Of a DNA stretch of 64,000 nucleotides, positions 29,409 to 38,054 are shown piece by piece. Source of the DNA: an uncultured Candidatus Poseidoniales archaeon (lineage in GTDB: Archaea; Thermoplasmatota; Poseidoniia; Poseidoniales; Thalassarchaeaceae). The notes below the pieces were generated by a model. The model was not told the DNA's origin. It saw only the letters and a program-made list of their open reading frames with translations, and ran no database searches. How positions within the stretch are numbered: the first letter of the stretch is position 1; every line of letters begins with the position of its first letter. Where the stretch lies: assembly GCA_964645485.1 (NCBI GenBank), contig CAZXZO010000001.1, forward strand, positions 2,711 through 66,710, read 5' to 3'. The position numbers were made by a program, and so were the translations under genes.

Positions 29409-29805
29409 TATTGCTGAAAAATTAATATTGGTACTTATGATTCAAAATTCGCCCTAACTCAAATCTAACCAAAAGGCCAATAATTGGGGCAAGATTTTCT
29501 TAATTCAATAAATTATGAATGTTGAATCCGGAAAGGCGAAATAAATCCTTAGCCACTCAAATCCACCCGAAGGGCCAATAATCGAAGCAGGGTTTTTCGT
29601 GATATTATCAAAATGAGATCGATATAAAATTGATTTTGTGGAGGGGCTTGTTCCCTTCACCAAATCTTCTATTGAATGGAAATCCGAAGCGTAGACGCTG
29701 AGGATAAAATAGAAAGAAAATCCGTCGCGTTAGTTGAAATCAATGTAAAAGCGGCACGGGGGGATTGTAAGGGGGGCGGCAGCCACCCTACGGAGGCAGC
29801 CCCAC

Positions 29806-30225
29806 TTAGTCGTCAAAGACTTCAACTTCAGCCCATCTCTTGACAAACTCAGTAAATTTGGAGGTGAAGCGAGTTGCTCTCACAGTGTGATTGTCGACCC
29901 AGTGGTAGTTTCCGCCTCTTGGTTTGTTGTACAAAACTCCGTGATACTTGAATCCGTTTTTGTCTAACCATGCCTCACTTACCTCTGCATGCTCGTCCGT
30001 CCGGCTGGTGAAAAAAGTGATGATGTGGCCTTCGTCAAACCATCCATTAATTACTTCAACTACGCCATCAAAAACCTCGGCGTCTGCCATTCTCCAGGGC
30101 TCTTCGTTAGGTATGTCCTCACAAACAGTTCCATCAATATCAATGAGATAATTCTTGCATCCTTCGGGCAAACTTGGGCTCATTGCCATGCCGCGCGCGT
30201 CACTCTGGTCCACAAGGTCCGTCAT
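29806..30225 (-). CDS. Small HAD-superfamily hydrolase.
   Basis: HAD motif I LIDIDGTV. ~140 aa. 4-nt overlap with the upstream methyltransferase gene, suggesting an operon. Confidence 0.5.
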   Translation of the reverse strand: MTDLVDQSDARGMAMSPSLPEGCKNYLIDIDGTVCEDIPNEEPWRMADAEVFDGVVEVINGWFDEGHIITFFTSRTDEHAEVSEAWLDKNGFKYHGVLYNKPRGGNYHWVDNHTVRATRFTSKFTEFVKRWAEVEVFDD

Positions 30226-30884
30226 GGCTCGGCCGCACCGCGGACACTTCTTGAATCCAACGCACGCTGGCCAAGGAATGCAAGGGTGCCTGGAAACTTT
30301 TCAGAGGTTGCGGCTTGCCAGATTCTTATGTTCTGAAATCCGGCATTTTGGAGCGCAATTTTCCACTCATCAATGCTCATTGTAGTCATGTGAACATCGA
30401 GTTGGCCAGGCCATTCTAGGCTTGCCTCATGCTCAAGATAATGGTCAACACCAGCAACGAGCCACCCGCCATCCTCAAGCCACTCATCATGGATTTTGGT
30501 TAGCATTTCTTGGGGGTTTTTCAGGTAGTAAAGGAATTCCATAGTGTGCACCAAGTCAAACCGATTTACGGGTGTCCATTCGGGTAACTTAGCAAGGTGA
30601 TAATTTCCTTGTGGGTCAATTCTACGCGCGTTTGAGACCATTTGCTGTGCTCCATCAACACCCTCTGCTTGGCTGGCTCCGAGTTTTGTGAGTTTGCGGA
30701 CGACCCAGCCGTTTCCACAGCCGATGTCTATCGCTGAAAACGGCTGTGGCAGATTCGGAATTGCTGATTCTAGCATCTCTGAAACTGAGGCTGAATGGCC
30801 CTTTTCCATACCTATATCCCGGCCTTGTTCTGCCCATTGTGAAAAAACATCAGTTGCAATTCTTGTAGGATTCATGTCATTCAA
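30222..30884 (-). CDS. Class I SAM-dependent methyltransferase.
   Basis: Motif I AIDIGCGNGW and downstream acidic loop motifs. Confidence 0.7.
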   Translation of the reverse strand: MNDMNPTRIATDVFSQWAEQGRDIGMEKGHSASVSEMLESAIPNLPQPFSAIDIGCGNGWVVRKLTKLGASQAEGVDGAQQMVSNARRIDPQGNYHLAKLPEWTPVNRFDLVHTMEFLYYLKNPQEMLTKIHDEWLEDGGWLVAGVDHYLEHEASLEWPGQLDVHMTTMSIDEWKIALQNAGFQNIRIWQAATSEKFPGTLAFLGQRALDSRSVRGAAEP

Positions 30885-30916
30885 CTCAATTTTTTGTTGT
30901 TTTTTTTATTAAACCA

Positions 30917-31120
30917 TTTTTCATAGGGAGAGATTTTCTGTTTTTTCTTCATTTTTCATAGCGAGAGATTTTTCTGTTTTTTATGATTTTTCAAGGTGAG
31001 AGGTTTTTCTGTTTTTTCTTCATTTTTCAAGGTGAGAGGTTTTTCTGTTTTTCTTCATTTTTCATAGCGAGAGATTTTCTGTTTTTTCTTCATTTTTCAA
31101 GGCCAGAAATTTTTTCTCAC
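30917..31120. repeat. Tandem array of 5-6 copies of a ~37-bp unit (consensus cttcatttttcaWRGYgagaGRtttttctgttttttctt).
   Basis: Read directly. The copies are contiguous with no spacers. The array overlaps the last ~20 codons of the MFS gene and lies upstream of the MTase-HAD operon. Confidence 0.8.
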
Positions 31121-32357
31121 CCGGTCCAACTATGATTACCCAACATACACCTGACAGGACTTGTAGGATGGCAAAAATCTGGATTCCTTCACGCAGTGTC
31201 ATGTTTGTATATTCTAGGAGTAGGCTTGCTGCTAATGTTGAGAATCCGTTTAGGAGAGTCATCAGCAGGAAATCCGTGCTAAATACCCGGCCCCTCCAAG
31301 CATCCTCACTTCGCTCTTGTAACAGAACAGTCGACAGTACCCAGTTTGCTCCACTCGCCGCATGTCCTATGGTGACAAGGGCGGCAACCCATGGTGACCA
31401 TTCAAGCCAACCTATGGCCATATATGCCAGCCCACAGGCACTCACTAGCCAGCCAAGGAAGAACGGCCAGCGGCTACGATCTGTGAAAGCGTAGCGTGCA
31501 AGAATGGGGCCCAATCCTGTTCCAAGTCCTCGAGCAGCAAACAGAATGCCAATTCCTGCGGCAATACTGCCAACCCCCATATCATCTCCAACAAGGACTA
31601 GCATGTAGACAAGCCCGCCACCAAACACGCTCCATAGCGCCTTAGCGGTGATGATTCTTCGAACTGGGGGTGTACTGAAAATGATTCGAAACCCATCGGT
31701 GATTGTGCCTGCTGTATTGGCCCAAATCCCTCCCGGTTTTGCAACATAAGCCTCCTGTGGAATATCGATTGTGCTGTACATAAACGCAGCAACCAAGAAT
31801 GATATTGCATTTACCACGAAGGCAACTTCAACCCCATAGGCTGCAACGACAAATCCGCCAACACTCGCACCTAAACACAATGCAGCACTCCACGTTCCGC
31901 TGTTCAGCGCATTTGCTGTCAACAACTCGTTATCTTCTGTGATGTTTGGAATCGAAGCATTTTCTGCGGGAATGAACACTGCGTGAAGAATCATCAGAAC
32001 ACTAGAGATGACATAGACAAGCCAAACCTCGCTGGCATCATCAACTAGTAACAGCAACAAGACGGCTACAGCCGACAGAAGATTGGCCCAAATCATCAGC
32101 CACTTCCGACTGAATCGGTCGGCCAACATTCCAGTGAATATTTGAGGAAGAGCCAGCGAGAACATCCTGATAACAAATAGTAGACCAATGCCCAGCTCCG
32201 ACCCAGTTAGGGTGTAGATTAGGACGAACAGTGCAACGGTGTTGAACCATTCCCCTAGCATAGAGATTGAGAGACCAATCCACAAACGACGATAGACAGG
32301 ATTGCCTTTGAGAAGTTCGAGAAACCCTACCTCCCGTTCCTGCATGGCTCGCGCCAC
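31062..32357 (-). CDS. MFS transporter (12 TM).
   Basis: Twelve hydrophobic helices and a loop motif GMLADRFSRK (MFS signature D-R-x-x-R-K). The C-terminal tail is encoded by the repeat array. Confidence 0.75.
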   Translation of the reverse strand: MARAMQEREVGFLELLKGNPVYRRLWIGLSISMLGEWFNTVALFVLIYTLTGSELGIGLLFVIRMFSLALPQIFTGMLADRFSRKWLMIWANLLSAVAVLLLLLVDDASEVWLVYVISSVLMILHAVFIPAENASIPNITEDNELLTANALNSGTWSAALCLGASVGGFVVAAYGVEVAFVVNAISFLVAAFMYSTIDIPQEAYVAKPGGIWANTAGTITDGFRIIFSTPPVRRIITAKALWSVFGGGLVYMLVLVGDDMGVGSIAAGIGILFAARGLGTGLGPILARYAFTDRSRWPFFLGWLVSACGLAYMAIGWLEWSPWVAALVTIGHAASGANWVLSTVLLQERSEDAWRGRVFSTDFLLMTLLNGFSTLAASLLLEYTNMTLREGIQIFAILQVLSGVCWVIIVGPGEKKFLALKNEEKTENLSL

Positions 32358-32405
32358 TGACTTCTACCTAACAACCTGTGCCTGCGTTCACAAAAGCCAA
32401 GTCTC

Positions 32406-32969
32406 TTGAATGGGCGGCACGGACCAAAAGTGATGGCAAGCGACAACTTGGTATGGATTGACTGTGAATTCACTGGGTTAGACCCAGATGAGAATCGTCT
32501 AATTGAGATTGCAACAATCATCACAGATTCCGAGTTAAACGTCATCGCGGAAGGGCCTTGCCTAGCGATTCACCAATCACCCGAAAGATTGGCAAGAATG
32601 GACGAGTGGAACACCACCCACCACACTCAAAGTGGGCTGGTCGAGAAGGTTTTGGAGAGTGAGATAAACGATGCCGAGGCCGAGAGACTTACTCTAGAGT
32701 TCGTGCGCGAATACACCAATTCTGGGTCTTCACCACTGTGCGGAAATACGATTTCTCAGGACCGGCGCTTCTTGCGCCGCTATATGCCTGAGTTGCATGC
32801 ACATTTTCATTATCGTAGCATTGATGTTTCGACTGTTAAGGAGTTGGCAAAAAGATGGAATCCAGAGATTCCGGCAATGCCGAAGGCGGGCGGCCACCGC
32901 GCTTTGGACGATATTCGTGAATCGGTGGCCGAACTGGCTTATTACCGAGAAAGAATATTCAAATCTTGA
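32406..32969 (+). CDS. orn: Oligoribonuclease (DEDDh 3'-5' exoribonuclease). Likely start at MASDN (~32433).
   Basis: Near-colinear match to bacterial/eukaryotic Orn: [13 protein letters not shown] ... [43 protein letters not shown] ... [19 protein letters not shown]. Confidence 0.85.
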   Translation: MNGRHGPKVMASDNLVWIDCEFTGLDPDENRLIEIATIITDSELNVIAEGPCLAIHQSPERLARMDEWNTTHHTQSGLVEKVLESEINDAEAERLTLEFVREYTNSGSSPLCGNTISQDRRFLRRYMPELHAHFHYRSIDVSTVKELAKRWNPEIPAMPKAGGHRALDDIRESVAELAYYRERIFKS

Positions 32970-33214
32970 AGTAGAAAATTTTCTTTTTAGTTCCTGAAGT
33001 TGGAATATTTCAAACGGTTGAGTTGGAAAAAATCTTCAAATCGTGAATTTTTCATCCAGCCAAGTTGGCTATCAGAAATTTACCCTAAATTCAGAAATTA
33101 TTCGTCAGAATCAGGGTTTATTCATCAAATTAAGAAATTTTATTTCGCAAATTAAGAAATTATTCGCCAGAATCAGGGTTTATTCATCAAATTAAGAATT
33201 TTTATTCCCTAAAT

Positions 33215-33994
33215 TCAGAAATTTTCCCAGCCATATGGGTAACCTTCTTCATCAACGAAAATCACATTGATGGCATTTCCTGACCGATGAAAAGAAATCA
33301 ATTCTAATCCGTGAATACTGTGCCCTGTTGGAGCAACTCCCAAGACTGGTTTTTCTGGTGAATTTTTCCATCTACCCCAACCGCGTTTTTGGCGCACAGG
33401 AGCGACCTGTTCAGGTTGCAACTTTCTGCGCACCCCATCAGTATCATCATACCACCCGAAGGGTCCAGAAGGTGAGAATTCAATCCCCAAAATCATGTCA
33501 ACTCCAAGAGTGTACTGAGCCGCTTCAGCATCTTGCTTTGATGGTACAGCAACTGCGTTGGGATGGGTATGTAACCAATGTACAAATCGCCCACCCCTTG
33601 GACCTCGGCTTTCTGAAAAAATGCCGTCGGTCCATTCTTCAGGAACATGGTGGACAGAGAACGAGTCACCTCGATTTACGATTGTAGCATCACCCAAGAT
33701 ATAACCTTCTCCAGCAAATAACCCAATTTCATGGTCATCTCCCTCAAATAATTCCTCAACTTCTCGATGATGAGGTCGGGCATTATTAGCATCCAATCCA
33801 ATTAGGATTTCATCAGGTAGTGATTCTAATGACCAATGTAGAATCTGCTCAAGTGTAACGCCAGGCATCATAACTAGGCCGCGATATCCCTCTTTATTGG
33901 CAAGTGAATCTGCGTTGTACGCTGACATCGCCGAGACTAGCCAACCATCCACCATAGACACGCTCCGGCGGTGAATCCTTAACAGGATTGGCAC
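33215..33994 (-). CDS. JAMM/MPN+ metalloprotease-domain protein with extra N- and C-terminal regions.
   Basis: HWLHTHPNAVAVPSKQD fits HxHx7Sx2D exactly. Confidence 0.55.
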   Translation of the reverse strand: MPILLRIHRRSVSMVDGWLVSAMSAYNADSLANKEGYRGLVMMPGVTLEQILHWSLESLPDEILIGLDANNARPHHREVEELFEGDDHEIGLFAGEGYILGDATIVNRGDSFSVHHVPEEWTDGIFSESRGPRGGRFVHWLHTHPNAVAVPSKQDAEAAQYTLGVDMILGIEFSPSGPFGWYDDTDGVRRKLQPEQVAPVRQKRGWGRWKNSPEKPVLGVAPTGHSIHGLELISFHRSGNAINVIFVDEEGYPYGWENF

Positions 33995-34018
33995 TGCATC
34001 AGCATCACAGGCGAGAGC

Positions 34019-34717
34019 ATGGCACGCAAGAAGAAGGGACTTGGCGGGTTCATTGGTGGACTGACAGGCACACCATATGACCGATTAAGCCGCCATATTG
34101 AGAAAACCGCTGCCAATACATCTGAGGACACTTTAGGGAGAGAGTTGAACAAGATCGTGAAGATTGTTAGACGTGAGTACGACCAAGAGAACCTAGATGA
34201 GGAAGAGCATGACTTATTGGTTGAAGATATTGAGACAGTCCATCCTGATGGTAGAACATTTCCAAAATTATTGGCTGATTCTGACGAATTCTATGATGAG
34301 GGAAATATGCCTGATGCGCCAGATTTAGAATTAGGTGGCCCAGTTAACCTAGATGAGTTAATGCGCTCTTCAAGTGATTCTTTCCAAGGGTCTTGGGGTT
34401 CAGACGAGTATGATGATTACAAACGTGAAATGGCAGAAGAATTCTACAAAGATAGCGATGAAGCAGTAGCGTCAGGTGACCACCGCCAAATGGAGTCACA
34501 AGACCCCGTAGCAGGTCGTGTGTTCCATAATGTGGAGGATACAGCATCAGAAGTCAAGAAAGATATTCTTCGAGAGCAAGGAGTTGATGTTGATTCCGAA
34601 GAAGAAAAAGATGAAGATTACTATGTCGATGACGATAATGTCGAGTGGTGGCGTGATGATAACGGCGAATGGTGGTTTAGGGAGCCTGGTCAAGAAGATT
34701 GGTATCCCGGTAATTAA
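34019..34717 (+). CDS. Hyper-acidic hypothetical protein with C-terminal Trp-rich repeats (EWWRDDNGEWWFREPGQEDWYPG).
   Basis: D/E-rich throughout. ATG start divergent from the JAMM gene. Confidence 0.45.
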   Translation: MARKKKGLGGFIGGLTGTPYDRLSRHIEKTAANTSEDTLGRELNKIVKIVRREYDQENLDEEEHDLLVEDIETVHPDGRTFPKLLADSDEFYDEGNMPDAPDLELGGPVNLDELMRSSSDSFQGSWGSDEYDDYKREMAEEFYKDSDEAVASGDHRQMESQDPVAGRVFHNVEDTASEVKKDILREQGVDVDSEEEKDEDYYVDDDNVEWWRDDNGEWWFREPGQEDWYPGN

Positions 34718-34725
34718 TTCTCAAT

Positions 34726-35085
34726 TCACTTTTTTTTAACCCAAATATTGAGGTTTGTAAGGTTGAACTTCAAAATCGCTTGGTCAGCCCCTGCCTTGAG
34801 CATTTCTCGGTTAGCGAAGTCTGCCGAACTAATTCCTATGATTTGATTGGGTCGTTTCAATTTCCCTTCGCTGACCGCCTCATTGAGCATATTGAGAACT
34901 TCTAATCCTTTGAATGGTGGCATGAAATAGTCCAGAAGTAATACATCCGGTGCAAATTCCTTGATGATTGTCACAGCATCTTCAGAGGTCCAATTTTGTT
35001 GAAATTTGAGTTCGCTAGAATCAACATCTCCAGCAATTAATAAATCCAAAATATCATAAGAATCTTCGAAAGCTAAAACACGCAT
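34726..35085 (-). CDS. Single-domain response-regulator receiver (CheY-like).
   Basis: Acidic pocket (AFEDSYD), phospho-acceptor Asp in LLLDYFMP, and Lys in the K-A-G-A region. Confidence 0.65.
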   Translation of the reverse strand: MRVLAFEDSYDILDLLIAGDVDSSELKFQQNWTSEDAVTIIKEFAPDVLLLDYFMPPFKGLEVLNMLNEAVSEGKLKRPNQIIGISSADFANREMLKAGADQAILKFNLTNLNIWVKKK

Positions 35086-35170
35086 TCTACCAGACCACTG
35101 ATTTTTGTTTATTCATCTTGTATTTCATTCCTCTCTTTAACCAAGAATTAAGCCGGTTAATTCAAAGGTT

Positions 35171-36427
35171 ATGTCTAGTGTTGGAGAATCGTTCCTCATG
35201 GTAAATGTCAGCCCGACTCAGCATTTCATCCCGATTAGTCGGGCTGAAATTAAGTCGCTAATATTGGCTGAAAGCGGCGATAATTCAGAAAAAATAGCAA
35301 AAATTTCAGAATTATTGGAGGCACTTTGGCATCATAGAATGCACTCCACTCAAGAATCTCTAAAACGCATTTACTCAGAATTTGACCCTGATTCAACAGA
35401 TGAAGCACCTGAAAAATTTGACCCTACTGAATTCATGAGCCGATTCAGAGATGCTCTAACTGATGGCAATTGGTTAGAAATTACAGATGAAGAGATGCAA
35501 GTAGCATTAGATGGTGAAGATGTGTTCCCAATTAGCCTAGATGTCAGGTTTGAAGAATTCAATTTTTTAGAAACTTACAAATTAGGAGAGAAGACAATCA
35601 AAATTTCAAGGGGCCCCTCACTTTTCGAGAAATTGGTATTGAGAAAAAAACCAATTGAGGTTGATTTGGAGGTGTATGAACGGGTTATCCAGGTAATGCA
35701 GTTTCATGAGAAAGGGTGGTTCACGGAGAACAAAACGTTACGAAATTATCCAGGTGTTGAGGCGAAAGGGTTGCACTTGAAATTATTCAAGACTATTCCG
35801 AAACTCGACTTGGAAGTAATTTTTCCCAACACTTCACCAAAAATGAGAAGAATAGACCAAATGAAAATATTAGCGCCTTTGGTTGGTGGGTTAGCCACTT
35901 TGGGGATGAAGTTCGGTCCTCTGCTGTTTGGTTATGGTTCAGGGGAAACATCTCTGGCCCTCATTGGCGGAATCTTGTCAGCTTTAGCAACCTATATTCT
36001 CAAGTCTTGGACTAAATATATGAAAACTAAAGAGGCATATCTCTCACAAGTTTCTAAAGACCTTTATTTCAAAGGTCAAGCAAATAATCAAGCAGTCATC
36101 AATATGGTAATCGATTTTTCAGAAGAACAAGAGGTCAAGGAGGCTCTGCTTGCTTACTCATTCCTGCTGTTGGATAGTGGTAAAAAACATACAATTAATT
36201 CACTTGATAGTCGAATAGAACTTTGGTTGGCAAAACACGGTGTGAATGTGGATTTTGAGGTCGATGATGCACTCAACAAGTTATTTGAATTAGGGTTGGC
36301 GAATTTGGAAATTGGAGAAAGTGGTAGCGGAAATTCAATAACTTCCGAGCAGAAAATTACTGTACTTGAGCCAGATGAAGCATTAGCACGTTTGGATGAA
36401 ATATGGGATGGTATTTACAATTACTAA
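35171..36427 (+). CDS. Hypothetical protein with a central pair of TM helices (possibly DUF3754-like).
   Basis: The soluble N-terminal half is followed by ILAPLVGGLATLGMKFGPLLFGYGSG...LIGGILSALATYIL and then a soluble C-terminus. Confidence 0.35.
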   Translation: MSSVGESFLMVNVSPTQHFIPISRAEIKSLILAESGDNSEKIAKISELLEALWHHRMHSTQESLKRIYSEFDPDSTDEAPEKFDPTEFMSRFRDALTDGNWLEITDEEMQVALDGEDVFPISLDVRFEEFNFLETYKLGEKTIKISRGPSLFEKLVLRKKPIEVDLEVYERVIQVMQFHEKGWFTENKTLRNYPGVEAKGLHLKLFKTIPKLDLEVIFPNTSPKMRRIDQMKILAPLVGGLATLGMKFGPLLFGYGSGETSLALIGGILSALATYILKSWTKYMKTKEAYLSQVSKDLYFKGQANNQAVINMVIDFSEEQEVKEALLAYSFLLLDSGKKHTINSLDSRIELWLAKHGVNVDFEVDDALNKLFELGLANLEIGESGSGNSITSEQKITVLEPDEALARLDEIWDGIYNY

Positions 36428-36525
36428 TCGCAAAAGGCAGATGCCTCTTACTCATATCAAACGGTGCCACCAGCAAATTTCAAACGGTGCTGCAAGCAAA
36501 TTTCAAGCAGTGTCCCAAGCAAATT

Positions 36526-37110
36526 TCAAATGGTACCGCCAGCAGATTCCCAATACGAGGTTATTTCTCCACTGTCAGATAGTCCACCTTTGTGAATTTC
36601 CACGATTCCTCCGTCCGAGTTGACGAAGACAACCGATGGTCTAGAACTAATTTCTACCTCCTCGGCTAGTTCTATTCCCTTAGCAAACGGGAAATCTAAA
36701 GTTTGGCCTAAATCATCACCATCGTCATCATATGAATTTGATCTATCATGCCATTCTGCTAGGCTAATCCCTTGAGGGTTATCAGCAGGGTCTGTACTTA
36801 ACACAATAATTGGAGGCCCGTTCAAAGTTGAATTAATTGCATGCATTGTTGAATGACAGGGGGATTCACACCATTCAGCTGAAAAAATTACGATGTATGG
36901 TGCATCAGCATAATCGCTATTTGAATAGGTTAATCCATCATCCGCAATGGTTGAAAATTCAGGAAACGGTTCTAGTGTTGGCTCATCCCTAGCTTCATCA
37001 AATATTCCACCAAACCATGCAAGAGCAAGTAGGCAAGTGGCAACTGCGCCAACAACCAATTTCTTCTGCATATTTTTGGGATAAAATCTAATGTATATAA
37101 ATGTCAACAA
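36526..37110 (-). CDS. Exported thioredoxin-fold protein with an atypical CxxxC (WCESPC) motif. Likely start at MQKKLVVGAV.
   Basis: N-terminal signal/TM. IVIFSAEWCESPCHS in thioredoxin-like context. Confidence 0.45.
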   Translation of the reverse strand: MLTFIYIRFYPKNMQKKLVVGAVATCLLALAWFGGIFDEARDEPTLEPFPEFSTIADDGLTYSNSDYADAPYIVIFSAEWCESPCHSTMHAINSTLNGPPIIVLSTDPADNPQGISLAEWHDRSNSYDDDGDDLGQTLDFPFAKGIELAEEVEISSRPSVVFVNSDGGIVEIHKGGLSDSGEITSYWESAGGTI

Positions 37111-38047
37111 TAAACGTCAGCCCTTATTGATTCATAAGAAAAGGCGGATTCGAAAATCCATGAACAGAGTTGCAGCGTGGTTCTGCATTTTTCTTTCCTT
37201 CCTCCTTTTAACATCACCAATTGTTGATGCTCAGGATGATTCAGATGGCGATGGTTACAACGATGAAGATGATGCTTATCCAAATAATTCCGAAGCATGG
37301 TCTGATTCAGACGGTGATGGTTATGCAGACCAACCTGGACTCAATATATCCGATGATTGCCCTAATACAGTGGGTTTTTCTTACCGTTATATGAATGGTT
37401 GTTACGATACGGATGGAGATGGAATTCCTGATACACTTGACGATGATATAGATGGAGATGGCATTACCAATGATTTAGAATTAGCTTCATCTACTGCCCT
37501 AAAGAAGTACGATATTTTTGACGCCAATGATGTTCCACCAGATTTCGATTGGGATACGATTCCCGATGTACTTGATGATGATGATGATAATGATGGTTGG
37601 TCAGACCAAATTGAATTAGAACGAGGTAGTGATACATTCAATGAAAGTGCGACTCCATTTACAATGTATGGGGGTAATACTGGATGGTTCTATGTATCTG
37701 GTGCAGGTTTTGTCACTGATTATCGTAGTGATGGTACTGAGTTTTCATTATCTTGGTTACTTTCTGCCCTTAGTTCTGAATTAATTATTCCAATAGGCTT
37801 GATTCCAATATATTTTGGAATATGGTATTACCGACATCGTACATTTGAGAGATACGATAGGGAGTTAGATGAAATAACGAATATTGCCGATTTGCGTAAA
37901 TTTGAGATAACAGTAAATGAAGCAATGAGGAGGAGAAGATTGCAGGCTCACCATGGTGTAATATTGAGAAATACAATTGAAACCAAAGAGGATGATCTTG
38001 ATACACTGTGGTTCAAGAAATATGGGTCCTCTGACTCTGAGGAGTGA
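37091..38047 (+). CDS. Secreted type-I membrane protein with TSP3-like Ca-binding repeats. Likely start at MNRVAAW (~37163).
   Basis: Signal peptide ...SPIVDAQ. DSDGDGYNDEDDAYPNNSEAWSDSDGDGYAD. TM LIIPIGLIPIYFGIWYY followed by an ~80-aa tail. Confidence 0.6.
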   Translation: MYINVNNKRQPLLIHKKRRIRKSMNRVAAWFCIFLSFLLLTSPIVDAQDDSDGDGYNDEDDAYPNNSEAWSDSDGDGYADQPGLNISDDCPNTVGFSYRYMNGCYDTDGDGIPDTLDDDIDGDGITNDLELASSTALKKYDIFDANDVPPDFDWDTIPDVLDDDDDNDGWSDQIELERGSDTFNESATPFTMYGGNTGWFYVSGAGFVTDYRSDGTEFSLSWLLSALSSELIIPIGLIPIYFGIWYYRHRTFERYDRELDEITNIADLRKFEITVNEAMRRRRLQAHHGVILRNTIETKEDDLDTLWFKKYGSSDSEE

Positions 38048-38054
38048 ACTACAA

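Noticed and set aside
30917-31120. Possible CRISPR array
   Set aside because: Units are directly adjacent with no unique spacers and the unit is ~37 bp with heavy T-tracts. It is a tandem minisatellite, not a repeat-spacer array. No cas genes are nearby.
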